A stretch of 63,412 nt of DNA, filler included, from Nemertoderma westbladi (GCA_032718475.1; 3 parts of 3 records of this genome joined end to end with filler, not necessarily neighbours in it); one strand, 5' to 3'; positions 37,733 to 52,345 are shown, counted from the first letter of the whole stretch. Translations and numbers: made by a program. Notes: generated by a model not told the origin, from the letters alone.

Positions 37733-39908
37733 TATTAATAAATATAAGAGCTGCGGTGACACTTATGACACCCTTTGGGCCTCTAGGTGACAGTTAGACA
37801 TCACTGATGACCATTGCGTGTCAGGGCGCTAATCAGTATGATTAATTACGATAATCAATTAAACCCTAAATAGGAGTCATAAGACACCTATTAGGGTTTA
37901 AATGTACTAATTAATTGATGACACCCGTCAATTAGGGTCTAATTAGCCTAATTAGGAGGTGTCACCCAGAAAGTCTGGCGCCAATGACACCCAATGACAC
38001 CCATAGGGTGATAATGGGTGTTATATGACACCCAATGTGTGTCAATGGGGTCTAAGTGTCACCGAGCCACCCAAACCTCTACTACTTTAGATCAGTGTAG
38101 TGATTTTATGAAATATTAATGTATTTGTAACCAAGTAACACAAAGGACCACGTTGGAAATAAGCTGCAAAGCTTTATGGGTAATCATATGTTGGACAATA
38201 CCTATATTACACATTGTTTGGTGTATTTGTTATTGATTTCAGATAATGTATAAATAAATATATAAGACTGAATATCTATTCGATATGAGTGTTATGGCTC
38301 GCTCTGACCGTTATTACTAAAACTTTAAGAAAATTTAAATATAATAATTATTTTGGGTAATCATCGAAATTAGGATCAGCAATAACATTGGAAAAAAATC
38401 TGCGGGTCCCATCCCTCAACACCATTCGCTACAGAGCTTGACACTGCACAGCACAATCAACTAATATAACCCTTTTGAACTAAATAAAATCCCCACACTT
38501 CGCCTCACTTCAATCAACTCCAGAATTAATCAGCAGCACAACCAGTTTGAGGGAGTCATGACAGGGCGACTGGGTCCCTTGATCAAGCGAAACAGCTTCA
38601 AGGTTCGATATAATTATTCAACATGAATTACATGTTTTTGTGCACAAACCGTAAAGTTGAGGTTGGAAACACTCAAACACCTTTATGGTTAATTAAGATG
38701 ATATTCAGTAAACATGTATCTTTATACTACCTGCACTACGGTGTAGGCATACATGTACAACTTCATGTTCAGCTATTATTCTGCAACCTCCATGGCATTG
38801 GCATTTCAATTAAGATCCTTTCGACTTTAAAGCAAACTACCACCACCATCTGGCACACAAATTTTGAGGATACCTGGATGATTTTTTTTTGTTATTTGAT
38901 TAACTGCATGTGACAAAGAAGAAGTAAAGAGCGTTTGTTGCGAATAAACTGACTAATTGCATTATGTCTGTCTACTGGAGGCACAACAATGTTCTGTGTG
39001 TCGATTGTAATGAATAAATATTTGGTTCCCAAAACGGAATTCAGAAAACTCGTGTCTGGACAACTAGTTGGTATCTGTAACCCTATCGACTTTAAAATAT
39101 GAATAACACTCTTAAATTCAAATGACCTCAACTATTTTTTATCCAATACGACTCTTGTTTTCGTGTGGTCCGGTGTGGTCCTACACAGCACACTCTGGGA
39201 GTGTCGGATGCATTCTTTTAGTTTTGTTTACAACCCAGTCTGAGCCAGTCAATAAAGATACCGTACAGATACAACAGTCGTGTTACAATATTAAATACAT
39301 ATCGTAATTAATATTTACACAAATAATCTTTCCAAAAACGGAAAAGACGCCAATCAAACGAAAATGATGATTAACTAAAACTAATTGGCACTTTATTTTG
39401 TATGCATTGGGTTGGCGGAAAGCCCTGTAGTGAGAAGCTAATCCATCCCTATCTGGCCTCGCGAGTTCAGCTTCTGTTATCTACAGTACCAAGGCACACA
39501 GACAGCAGCAGTTTGCAGATGGAATCCCAAGTACTCACTGTAATCAGATGGGGCGGAAGTACAAACAGATAAGGAATGATTCTAGTAAGAGCGTCTGATT
39601 GGTTGAATTGTTTCGGTGCGGTTGTTGGACTGGCTACTCAAAATCAGAGTTTATGACGGCTGGTATTTAGTTAAATTCAGAAAGTATAACAGTTTAATTA
39701 AAAATGACAAATAAATTTTCTAAAATAAAATATGTCGGATGTACTCATAATTTAATGAATTTGCTTAGAAAACTATGATGTTAAAAAAATATTATAATAA
39801 TAATATATAGATTTTAAATAGTTTTAATAGAAAAGCAGGCCTAATATTGATTTCTTTACTATACTGTTAAATATTGACATCTTATATATTTTAAACAACA
39901 CTAAATAC

Positions 39909-40375
39909 GGTGATCTTCCACAGTAAACCCTTCCACTGCCTGTTCACCACCATGGGTGATCTTCCACAGTAAATCCTTCCACACTGTTTCCTAAAGGAAT
40001 TCCTGTTCACCACCCACTATATTGGTGAATGGTGATCTTCCACAGTAAACCCTTCCACTCTGCTTCCTAAAGGAATTCCTGTTCACCACTATGGGTAATC
40101 TTCCACAGTAAACCCTTCCACTCTGTTTTCTAAAGGAATGCCTGCTCACCACCATGGGTGATCTTCCACAGTAAACCCTTCCACTCTGTTTTCTAAAGGA
40201 ATTCCTGTTCACCACCATGGGTGATCTTCCACAGTAAACCCTTCCACTTTGTTTCCTAAAGGAATGCCTGTTCACCACCATGGGTGATCTTCCACAGTAA
40301 ACCCTTCCACTCTGCTTCCTAAAGGAATGCCTGTTCACCACCATGGGTAATCTTCCACAGTAAACCCTTCCACTC
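39909..40375. repeat. ~63-bp tandem repeat, about 7 copies
   Basis: Unit GGTGATCTTCCACAGTAAACCCTTCCACTCTGTTTCCTAAAGGAATGCCTGTTCACCACCATG. Confidence 0.95.
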
Positions 40376-40797
40376 GTAAATCTGAAATCTTTCCTTAAAT
40401 TGATAATTAACATTATTAATTTGCCGATATACGGGACATTATTTCGCACAGTTTTGATTTCTGATATTGATCATCCATTGTTTCTTTGCCAGATAAGGGG
40501 GGGGGGGGGGGGGGGGGTACTGTTGACGCAACAACATTTAATCCCTCTCCATGTGAAAAGCAACGCAATTAATAGCTAATTAAACTCAAAAATAAAACTG
40601 TATCCGTATCCTTTTCTATTGACTTTAGCATATTGTATTGGTTGGAATAACGTGTCACTGTAACCTGCTCCTTTCCCTCAATTGACAATTTAACATTGAG
40701 GCGAGATATTAATTCGCCGAGATGGGATTTGCGTTCAATTCCTCTTGCAACCTTGTAACCTCTTTGGCAACAAAGTAGTTTAATCCTTTAAATTGAA

Positions 40798-41150
40798 TAC
40801 ACTACTACTACTACTACTACTACTACGACTACTACAATCGGCATGCTGCATTGTATAGCTGCATATATATTAAATTATACAAATATATTACATATATATT
40901 AAGAATGCTGAGCCGGCTTGTCGACAAAATAGCGCCGCCACAACTCCCTACCACCCATGACATTTGCTAGATCATCGGCATCTTCAAGACCAGTGTCCTT
41001 TAAGATGCGTCTCAAGAAAGTCATGGGCTGTCCACCATGTTTATTCTCTCCATGAGGCTGCCAAAGCACAAGATTATGCACTGGCTGGTCCTCACGGCGA
41101 AAGCGATGTCCTGCTAAGTGGGGGCGGTTCTGTTCAAGTGTCAAGTTGGG
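40798..41150 (-). mobile_element. RTE-type LINE 3' fragment with (TAG)n tail; a related copy lies at ~60680-60890(+)
   Basis: LAGH..R...PV..LVLWQP.G....G.P...DTGL. Confidence 0.75.
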
Positions 41151-41519
41151 GAGACTAATGGAACACCTCCAATGATTTATAGAGTCTGATTGGAAATGTG
41201 TTCATTGTACTTGACACAATTGACCCGGCGCAGTTGAAATCGAATACACATTTCTGGCACCAGAAGTCGTGGAATCGATCCCCGCATCGGTCAGACAAGT
41301 ATTTGTTTTTGGAGAAATGCTTTTAAGGGACTATCCTTGTATCCTTAACTAGTTGCTGAATTAGCACTGTGATTCCTCTAGGGAGTAAAGTTCTAGGGGG
41401 AACCGCACTGGAAATAAGTCGTCTTTTGCTTAATTAATGATTTATCAAATGGAAATTTTACTTTACACTACGTTAAATAAATATTTCCATTTCGCTGTTA
41501 TTGATTGACGGCATGTATG

Positions 41520-41619
41520 NNNNNNNNNNNNNNNNNNNNNNNNNNNNNNNNNNNNNNNNNNNNTTAATTAATTAANNNNNNNNNNNNNNNNNNNNNNNNN
41601 NNNNNNNNNNNNNNNNNNN
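41520..41619. other. Artificial contig spacer
   Basis: N44-TTAATTAATTAA-N44. Confidence 0.97.
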
Positions 41620-44600
41620 GGGGTGGACAACGCGCCTACATAATAATCAGCTGTTATTGTAGATTTCCAAACTTGCATAATGCCAGACATGTTGAGCTTA
41701 GTTTGGAACTTGGGCTGTCCAGCAAATATATCTTCGGCTAGCTCTTTGTCGATGAATGTTCCTGTACTACCGGAGTCAAGGAGGGCGTTCACTACATAAC
41801 TCCTCTCAGGTCCGTGAACCCTCACTTGCACCACAGGAAACTCTCGGATCCCTACATTTGAAGATGGCTCTTTCCAAGATGGTTGTCGCTCAGAAGTAGT
41901 TAGAGTAAAGTCGTTGTCTGGATCTTTTTCATAGGTGAGTGCTCGATACACTGCGGTATTTATCATGTAACAGGATTCGTTTTCGTCGGAGAACTCGTCT
42001 GTATAGAATCCTTCCATCTCAGATTGATCAGTGTCGTTCACATCACTGAATTGGACATGTAGCTCGGAATCACTTACCTGATTCGGACTATTTCGATCGA
42101 ATTCAGCATGCAACAAGATATGATGTTTCGCACCACACTTTGCACACCTTATGTCAGAGAAACAGGTTCGTCGTTGGTGTCCTTGTCTGAGGCAATTATA
42201 ACATAACCGCTTATCCCACATGACTTCGCGTCTCTCTGTTAATGATTTCTTTAGAAATTCATCACACCTATTCAACTGGTGGGTCCCGTCACACAGCGCA
42301 CATTTCGGTTTGATGTTACTTACCTTATTTTGAGTCACACTGAGTACACTTGCCTTTTCTTCGGGCTTTCTCACCTGAATTCTCTTGGGAGACGTGGGAG
42401 GAGTTTTTCTTACCTGTTCCCTCCTGTCATTTGTTCGAGACTTGAATTTACTTACCTGATCTTTAGGCATTTTATTCACGTAATAAGATCTATCCGTGTC
42501 CTTCCCGCTATCTTCTCCTTGAGAAGTTTGGCTTTCGCCGTCATCAGTATAACATACTGGTGTTACCTTTCTCCTAGAGACGGGTTTTTCACTTACCTTG
42601 CTTTCCGGTGTCTTCTCTCGGGATTGCTTGAGGAGTTGCAATTTCACTTCTCCATCCAAGAATGACATGAGATCAGCCATGGTAGGGTCTCGCCGTTGTT
42701 GTTCCATCATATATAACACTTTCTTATCCCAGCATGTACCTACTCCACCTTTCGGTAAAGTAGAAGCCACTGCTCTAATAACCATAGTGTTCTGATACTC
42801 ATGAGACTTACCTAGCCAATCTAATTGTCTGCAGATCTCCTGGATCTCATCGGAAAACTCGATAATTCCGCTACTAATAAACTTTCGGGGCGCTACTAAC
42901 TTTGCATACAAGTACCCAGCGATATTATTCCTATTACCATACCTGATGTTTAGTGTATCCCAAACTTGTCTTAATCCGTCTGGATGTCCAATAAACTTTA
43001 ACGCCATTAACTTGGGAGATCCTTCCAAGCACTCGATGAGGTATCTAAGTTTTTCTCCATTAGATAGTACAGAGTTCTGTATGTTATCTTTGTAATATTC
43101 ATTAAAAGGTAACCATTTCATCTCATCTCCATTGAACTTGACGATCTCTCCAACCTTTACCGCTTGCCGGGCTTCGGTTCTAGCCATTTGACGCGTAAAA
43201 CTTTCTTGGGCCATCGTGCTATTTAATATCGAGTTATCGGTATATAAATTTCTCGGATTATGGTCAGTTCTATAGGGAATATCATTATCAACAGGTTTAT
43301 AATTACCCTCAATAGGGTTCACTATAGGAGTTTCTACTTCGCTAGCAGTATAAATGCGTGTAGGCTCCACACCTTGCGCATGAGATACTTCAGACCTAAC
43401 GGGTTGACACATTGTTACAGGGGGTGGTGGTATACCCTTTTGTAAATTTACTAATTTATCGCGCTCTAGCGCGATATTTTGCTGCACCTCTTGCAACTCT
43501 AACTTACTTTCCCTCACTGTTCCCTTTAAATGTTGGACAGTCCCTTCCAACTCTCGGACCTGTTGGGAGGAGAGTCTCCGATTCTCCTTCATCTCTCCGA
43601 GGAGAATATCCATCCCCCGCCGTCTCTCGTCTACCCAATCAACCGCCGAAACGGGATCCGCCAACGTCGTAGCGGGCAGACGAGGGACAACGGGCGACAA
43701 ATTTGGAATATTTCGCTCGGGGTCCAGGACCTGAACTGTCTCCTGGGCAGTTCTACGGGGCACAGGTAGCTTAGTGCTATGCAGAGGGAATTTATAGGTA
43801 GCTTCAGGGAGCACAGGTGTATCTATTACCGAAGGGGTGATTTCAAAAACAGGCCTACTTATTTCAGGCTCATCTACTATAGTAGGGAGTCTTTCTATTG
43901 TAATTATTTGGTCTGTGGGTTCTGTACTACCTACTTTGGTGTTATTTAGTTGCCTTCTAACAGCTGGAGGCAAATCAGGCAATTTCTGCCGGTGGAATGT
44001 TCTTTTACGTCTGCTTAGGCGAGATCGATTTCCTCCGCCTTCAGTGTCGGTGGTATCGCCTTCCTCAGATGATGTATACCCCTGTCTCTTGGGAGTAGAT
44101 CGACTCATCATCTGCATGTTGCTCGCTGTTAACTGTTTATTGAAGTTGTCTTGCTTCTCTTGAAGAATTTCCAACTCTAGTTGGGTTGCCTCTTCAGATG
44201 CCCTCCGTTCTGCTTCTACCACTGCCTCTGCTATTGCCAGTGCCGCTTTTCTTTCGGCTTCTGCCGCTGCCACTGCTGCTGCCACTGCCGTTGTCTTTCT
44301 ATCTTCTATACGTTTTTTCTTTACTTGTTCTTCTTGTTCTCTAGCGATGCGGAGTTGTTCATCGAATTTAGCTTGGTTCGCCGCTAACCTATCCACATCA
44401 ATCGCATCTAACACGAGTTTGGCTCCTTCGCTATTAGGGCTAAGTCCCTCTAGCCTTCTCCTCAACTCTTCATCTCCCAAAAAACGCTGATAGTCTGACA
44501 GATAGATATCAATGGCATCCTTCTTATGCGGTTTCTCTGCCGTCGCTTCACTTTCCACTTGGGAAAAAGTAGCGTCCGTCGATTCTCCATGGGTTGAGCG

Positions 44601-45470
44601 CTCCTCCAACTGAGCTTTCCACTGAGCTGCTCCTTGAACCTGGCGACTCACCCGTTGAAACCAAGTTTTTACGGCAACTTGCAACGACGTGTCTTGTTTT
44701 CTTTTAGAAGCCTCCTCAAAGGCGGATAAGATTAGCCTAATCCGCAAAACTCTTTCTCTAACTTGATAAAGCAGCGATCCCTGCTCTTGAGGTCCTTGAG
44801 GTTGTTGAAAAAGTTGCTTTTCTACTCGCTCCATAGAGCTGAAGAATCCCTGTGCGTATCCGGCTGCGGACCTCTTCCACACAGCTGGATCGATGGTTTC
44901 CTTGGCTACTCCCATCCGGTGTATGTCTTCCCAGGCAGCTTCTGATAAATCAAATGGGAGTCCGGGTCCGGGGAAGTTCCATTGCGACTCGACAATAGAC
45001 TTCAGTTCCTCACTCGTGTATCCCGCGTAACTATCTCTAGTTGACCGTTGACTTCTCGCCCAATCGATCTGGTGTTCTTCCACCGCGATCAATAACCCAG
45101 CGAGCACGGCTGCAGGAAGGATGAGAAGGGGATCCGTATAAACCGCATCCGTCATCTCTGCTCCGCGCTCGGGTGTCAGCTCTACAGTATCCTCACTACT
45201 GGAGCTGCTGGGCCGCTGAGGAATAAGTTCTTGACTAGCGGGTTGTTGCTGTTCCGCTGCCTTTTGGTCCCGCTTGACCTGAGCTCGAGTGCCTATGATA
45301 GACCTACGATGTTGGACCAGCCTAGGTTCTGTTATTACTACTGGAGGGATGACCTTCCTCACAGTGGGAGGTGAACTGAACTTGCGACCAGACGGTTGTA
45401 CGTCTCTATCTGAGTCGCAGATAGTTACATCTAATAAACTGTCTGACAGGTTCTGCTTAGTATCAGACAT
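41620..45470 (-). mobile_element. BEL/Pao LTR retrotransposon gag-protease ORF, open up to the gap
   Basis: DUF1759-like core (F.GD..KW..F...KLRYL..CL.G...W..L..RYG), three zinc knuckles (CALC..H.L..C; LCYNCL..GH....C; CAKC...HH.LLH) and aspartic protease NALLDSGS. Confidence 0.9.
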
Positions 45471-46849
45471 GACTATGTATACCGCTGAATGTCTACTGCT
45501 GTATTACAGTCTGGGTAAGTCTAGTAACTCAGTATTAATTGCTAGCCTAGTAATTAATTACCGGTACTGCTACTCAGTGTAGCGTGATATATATATAATA
45601 TATTAGAATACCGGTATACTTATAGTATATATAAGTATTATTACAGACTAGGTTTATCGCAGAGTACCGGTATAATTTTAGCACAAATATATATAAATAT
45701 ATAATAGGCCTATCGGAATACCGGTATACAGCTTACAGTTTGTAGTATATATAATTCTGGAATAGAATTAATTACAAGTACCGGTATAATTTCAGCCTAG
45801 ATTTATAGAAATAAAGATAATAAGCCTATCGTAAATACCGGTATATCAATTATTTTAGAATAATTGAATTTCTGAACTTTAGGGTTACTTGGTTACTTTA
45901 ACTTACTTTATTACCGTTATTTAAGCAGTAGTCCAACTGATATTGAGACCTAATTGTTATATGGTAGGCCTACTATTTATAAATCGTTAGATTTGATTTA
46001 TAATATATATATACCCGTTTTAATGGGCTTTGTCAATATTTGAAATAAATGTTATTATTTCTGGGGAGTAATCACTACACAAAGCGGTACGCTTTCAGTG
46101 AAGTGTTACGTACAGGACACTAAAACAAATGATTCTAATTTACCTAAGTTACTTAATACTACAAATTACGTACAATTCGGGTGAGATTACAATCTCTAAA
46201 TAAACACAAAAATTTACAAAAAACACAAAATACGAATTTTTAGGGTAATTTTACAAGAAGTCTACAAACCAGCCTAACAAAGGGTTAGAAATCTGGTTAT
46301 TACAACGGACAGGGTACTACGGTATTTGAAATAATAAGTAGTAGTAAATACACTGCGTTGTCCAGATAGGAAAATACCACCGCCTGACGACCTATAGCCG
46401 TATCGCTATAGGTTCTACGTTATGTATCACGGAGTGTTCCTACCTAGAAGTTAATAGAGCTAATCGAATGTGCCTATCAACCACTTTACAACACAAATAT
46501 AATGTCTACACTAATTACTTCGGAAAGTACTGTACACTAAACCCTAAATTAGGTACGAGTACTTGTACAACAGATAATCAGTAGTTAAATATACTTGAAC
46601 AGCTAAAAGAACCACGGCATCTGCTGGAGTGACCGATGCACAAAATCACCAGTCTTTACCTACGCCGAGCAGCCCGTGTAGTACCGGGGTTAATTTAACT
46701 ATAGCGGTATGTATAACAAACACAATTACTGTAGGAACAAACTTGGGGAATGAATGTTGCGGATAATCGCATAAACTCTGAATAATAAATATTACGCTAC
46801 GCGTACAAACTACTCAAACAAAATACAGACCGAACACTTACAGACTACT

Positions 46850-47350
46850 ATCAAGCCTAAACAAACTACGGTATATGCAGACTCCGAAATGATTAGGGAG
46901 TATGCGCTCTAACCCAGTAGTGCGACTTATTCTTTAGTTGGGGGTTTACCTTACAGCGTTCGCTGCCCCTACTTCCTAACCGTACTTAATCAGACAAATG
47001 ATCTACACACACTGCAATCCGTTCAGACCTAATAACAGCCGGACAACTATCCAGCCTACAAATTATCTAAATAAAATTATACGCTACCCGTACAGACTTA
47101 CACAAACAAAGTACAGACTAAACGATGGCAGACTACTCTCAAGCCTAAATAAACTACAGGACATGCAGACTCCGAAATGATTAGGGAGTATGCGCTCTAA
47201 CCCAGTAGTGCGACTTATTCTTTAGTTGGGGGTTTACCTTACAGCGTTCGCTGCCCCTACTGCCTAATCGTACTTAATCGGACAGATGATCTACACACAC
47301 TGCAATTCGTTCGGACTTAACAGCAATCAGACAACAGCTAAGCCTACAAA
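46850..47350. repeat. ~288-bp direct tandem duplication in the leader upstream of BEL gag
   Basis: GACTCCGAAATGATTAGGGAGTATGCGCTCTAACCCAGTAGTGCG... occurs at 46880 and 47168. Confidence 0.9.
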
Positions 47351-47599
47351 TCGTCTGTACAATCTGATCAGGCTTACACGCCTTCTGTTCAATACTGGCC
47401 TACAAATAAATAAAACTTGACAGAAATAAGTAAACCATATAAAGGAATAAGGGGTGATCAATCCCTAATCCCTTAAACAGCCTACCGGTATGCAACAATC
47501 AAATCGAATAATACTAGTGTACTTATACGGAAGTACCGGTTAGGACAGTTAGGCCTACTGACCTACAGATGTACCGGTTCAGGTTTACCGGTTGACCGG

Positions 47600-48830
47600 T
47601 ACTTTCAACTTTATTGCTTACTGCAACAAAGAAGACATATATCCTTTAATGTTCGCGCTTTCAGACCTTTGGCAGTTTAACCCGCCAAATTAAGATGTCT
47701 TCTAGATATTAAATCGCTTTTTAGCCTATGACAAGTATTTGATTCACTACACTAGTCGAAACCAATCCGTGCGCGACCATTCACCCGCTGGATATTCCCG
47801 GGAGATTGGGTTCGACGGTTTAATTTTATTGCTATGTAAGCCTAATGTATTATTCGACTGACAGTATTATATAATCTCTGACAATATTATTTACCTTCGG
47901 GAATATTAACAGTTCCTTTAGGACGTGGCGCTTTATCTATATAAACAGAGTTATGACTTAAACTACTCACAACGATATGGCTTAATTATAATTAACATAT
48001 ATGGCGCATTCTTTAGGAAATGCTTCTTTAACAGACTCACTCGTACACAATGCTGCACAATACTGCACACTAATCTGCCAATCTTCACTGATTTTAGTCA
48101 CATATAAAAGGAACACAGACTGACTCATGTAGGGTCTACCAAATAACATTAGATTCACTTCAAACCACTTTAACATAAGTCACAATCGTTATTGTTAACC
48201 TTTCTCTCTTACCTTCGGTATATCAAGAATATTGGGTGTCGGGGTTATTTCTCGTTATTCCAATATAATAATTCATCAACAAATATAATGAATAACCGAC
48301 AACAAATAGCAGTATGCAGTATTCACAGATCAATCGTGCCAGTTTGTTTTGAGTTAAGACAATCAGTCAGTCATCAGTTAAAGGATATATGTCCTTATGA
48401 TTAAACCTACTAGTGTTGAGCTAAAAAGCAGAAAGCACAAAACACTAAAAAGCCGTTCTTTCGTGGCTTTGAAAAACTCGTGACTACTGCTCTATACGAG
48501 TATACCAACCACTCTTATTCCACGAAGCTCCCGTTCAACACAGAGAAAGAGCAGTGAGATAGGAAATTTTCAGTTCAGTACTCTGTGATAGGTCAAAATC
48601 AAGGCTAACTCAAATTCTATTGGGAGATACAAAAACAAGGCTATGACGCAACCTCCCTAGGCTTGTTGGCCGATTAAACAGAGCCCAGATGCCTGCGTAC
48701 AGCAAATCAGCCAATAAGCTGGTAACTTACACTATTTTTAGCTGTAGATCACTTTGAGAGTATTCTTAGCGACTGGGGGGGAACTGGCCAACAAGGCAAA
48801 CGAATCAGTTATCCCACAAAAGCTTTTACA
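47600..48830 (-). mobile_element. Probable 5' LTR of the BEL element; inner boundary unresolved
   Basis: Starts TGTAAAAGCTTTTGTGGGAT on the minus strand, upstream of and co-oriented with gag. Homologous to 1-521, 61400-62045 and 62052-63412. No PBS found. Confidence 0.6.
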
Positions 48831-50150
48831 ACCACTAACCTACCAGCCGACTTTTAGAGTCACAACGTCGAGCCGTGCTCTCTCCTGGTGTGTCAGGTTT
48901 GTTCCCTTGTCGCATCCATCGCTGAGTCCCCCGTAGTATGTCTCGTGACACAGCCACCCGGTAGTCCACCCCCTACCCATCCCCGAGGTGCTTAGCATCC
49001 ACCGAGTTGGGCGACCAGCGCCCCCTCTACGCTAGCCGACCCGCATGGCTGCTACCCAACGTGAGTGCGCCGACCTCGTCCGCGTTGCAGAACATCTTGC
49101 ATCTGGCACACAACCTTCCAAGTGTTTTACAGACAAACGCGATGTTAAACGGTAGCTGGGCATCTGCTCCCTTGCCCCCTCCGGCCTCATAGACGTCCAC
49201 CACCAGTGCCCATTCACGTCCCCTTACGACGTTATTGTGGTACCCCGGTCTGCCCTTGCGGGATTCCATACCTCCCTCCACCTCGAGTTGCTACACCCGT
49301 CCCAGGCCCAGCTCCATAATACCTTCTCTCGATACTTCCAAGCACTAGATCTTGACCGTGCCCTTAACGAAGTGTCTGCCTAGTCCCACCAATGCATCGC
49401 CCTGGCAACAGCCCCCCCTCGCGTAATACCCCAGTCCTCCCTCAATCCACCCCCTGTTGTCGGCCAATCATTTGCCGCCGATGTTTTCCACCGCCATACA
49501 CAGTGGATCCTTCTTATCCGCGAAACTGTGTCATCCTACACTAATGCCATCATCATTCCCGACGAACAACAGGACACTCTGCGCTATGCCCTAATAACCC
49601 TGGCCTTTTGGTATGTGTCCCCTTAGCGGCCCCTCGCCGTCATCCGGACTGACCCCGGCCCAGGCTTTCAGGCCCTCGTTGGCGACCCCACCCTCAAGTC
49701 CCACCACCTCCTCCTCGAAGTCGGCGCCTGGAAGAATATTAACAAAAATCCCATCACCAAACACGCCATCGGAGAACTGCAAGCCGAGCTACTTATAAGC
49801 TCCGTCCCTCCGGCGGACCCTTTTCATCCACATCCCTCGCCATTGTGGAGGCCCACCTTATTGTCCGACTCTGTGCTCCCGGGCTGTCCGCATGCGAGAT
49901 CCTCTTCCAGCATGATCAATTTACCGGTGACCAACTCCCATTGGACTACACTGCGATCATCTCCACCCAACACGACCGTTGCATTGTCAACCATACGGCC
50001 AGCGTGCGCTCCAAGGTTCACCACCCCACCGTCCTACCCGGGTTCACCGCCCTCAACGTGGGTGACCTTGTACACCTCTACGTTGACACCCCCCGCTTAC
50101 CATAGAAACTCGCGCCTGTGTGCATGGCTCGCCCCATCCGACTCCATTGA
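48831..50150 (+). mobile_element. Degenerate Gypsy-type integrase relic
   Basis: Piecewise translation gives [31 protein letters not shown]...AI.EL and GLSA.EILFQ.DQFTG. The segment is C-rich. Confidence 0.65.
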
Positions 50151-52345
50151 CTAACTGCGATTAACCACCCCCCCCCCCCCCCCCACCCCCCTACTTCTAC
50201 CGCGAGTTAGTTAGTTGCGATATATACATACTGAGATTATAATACCCCATGGTGACTCCAGTCGCTAATGGCGAAACAAACCCCTTTTAGTGACTTTTAG
50301 TTTGATAAACTTAGGTGTATTACATACTATTTTGAACTCTTTCTTCGTCTTGTTTGTGAACATTTCGATCTAATATGGAGGTGCAACCAGTATGCCCTAT
50401 CATACCACCCGCACAACGACTGTTACCAACACCCCAATTAGCTAAGGGGATAAAGCATGTGTACCTACTCCCAACCATACCGTGTTCGACACCTAAGTGT
50501 GCCAACCTTTTTTTTGCACACATGATTATCATTGCTCCATTGTTATTATAGTTGTATACTCGCCTACTGTATTTAGTGTGTTTATAGTTAGTTATATTAC
50601 ATATGTACGCCTTACAGTTTATACTTTACCCGATGTTTGTGTTAACTTTATATGACTGTGGTGAATGGATGTCACCCCAGTTAGTAGTAGTTCCTGCCTC
50701 GCCTTCGGCACACAAACTGGATAAAAAGATAAGTTACGCCAGCCGGTTAGGACCTACTGTCTGTCTGTCTCACATGGCCTGACAGTCGGCCTGATATACA
50801 GTGTGTAAGTACACGTTGCAGGGTGTGCACGTCGGCACACGACCGGTACCTGCTGACTGCACAGCTGCTGGTACCGTAGCTGCACTGTGTTACCTACATC
50901 CTACCGTAGCCGCACTGCGTTACCTAGTTAGGAGGGAGGGAGGGTACCACGTCATTTGGTCCTTTGGGCGTTAGGCCCTGCGTCGATATGTAGATAACGT
51001 GCTGGATCATGATCAGCAAGGTCATGCATGATAAAGAATTTGACTTCAGGGCTCCCACCACTGCGTATTTTAACGCATTGCGCGAGTTCCAAAATTTTGG
51101 GTCATTCGACTATTATTGAGCAAAAAGCATGAAAATTGCGTTACTTTTTTATTTTCCATTTAATAAACGCAATGAAATTTTAAAATCTTGTAAGTTGTAA
51201 CTGCACTTATAATGGTGGCAATATAACAAAATTGTATAAATAAAGTTGCACCTGTTCCTTATGAAGGAAACTTTCATTTTGAGATTCACTTTGATTTTCG
51301 ATCTTTGATTTGGTCCCTCCCCTCCCCAATTACAAGACGAGGATTGATATTATAATTTTACATTTAAAAACATTAAAATTTCAATAGAACTAAAATATTT
51401 CAGTTACTGTACCTTGAACAATTTTTAATTCTATTCATTGCCACATCCATTGCCTACGAGCAATTTTGACTGAAATAGACTTGGGGCCATTTTATACACA
51501 ATGCAGCCCAAAAATACCGGTTTGTGACCTTTTCGAGCAAAACTGAGTCCAAAACATTTTTAGCCAACATCAACAGCTTTCTGGCCTATTTTGATTTCAG
51601 TCAGAATTATTCGAGAAATGGTTCGAGAATTATATGAAATTATTTTATATCATCCCTAAGATATGCATACTTTGCTTATACTGCTTATACTGCTGCTTAT
51701 ACTTTGTAATATTATGAACTTAGAAGTAGATAAGTATGTCAATTATCCCAACGAAACAGGACGAGACTATTTATTATATATTAATTGTTAGTGAGGCTGA
51801 GCCCAACCAAATACAAATATTCTTGGTAAAAAGTAGTCAGTCAGCTCAGCATGTAGATGATCATAAAATGATAGCTCTGCTTTAGTCTTTATCATATTTA
51901 TGATATGAATGAATTTGATACAAACTATGGAAATAATTGTTTTGTATTGCATTGTATTTGCTTATGTTTAAATTTGTTTGAATTTAAAAGAAAATTTATT
52001 TTGATGTTTTTTTGTTAAATTTACATTAATTGTAAATTTTGTCAACAATTCGTTGAAATTGAAATCCGGCCACAAAATTTAAATCCGGCCCCAGCCGGAA
52101 TCGGATTTTTTTCTCAAAATCCGGCCGGAGTTCCGGCCCGGCCGGATATCCGGCACACTCCTACAAAATATGATTACATTTACTAAATAGAATAGAATAC
52201 CCTCCGCGCAGATGCAAAACCATGCTACTTTTGAACGCCCGTATCTCAGGTATTTTTCAATGAATTTCAGATCGTGTTATATTTGGAATCCTTGCACGGC
52301 CAGTTTTTTGAACTATATAGAACTTCTGAATTCTGAAATTCTGAA

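Noticed and set aside
39991-40449. 152-aa ORF with GRVYCGR repeats
   Set aside because: It is a translation of the 63-bp tandem repeat, with no other coding evidence.
44858-44880. PBS-like sequence (GGTCCGCAGCCGGAT on the minus strand)
   Set aside because: It lies inside the open gag frame, matches a tRNA 3' end only partially, and has no adjacent LTR end.
33343-45470. Treating the BEL gag-protease and the BEL integrase as one element
   Set aside because: They are separated by an artificial spacer and ~6 kb of unrelated repeats, with no RT between them. Linkage is unsupported.
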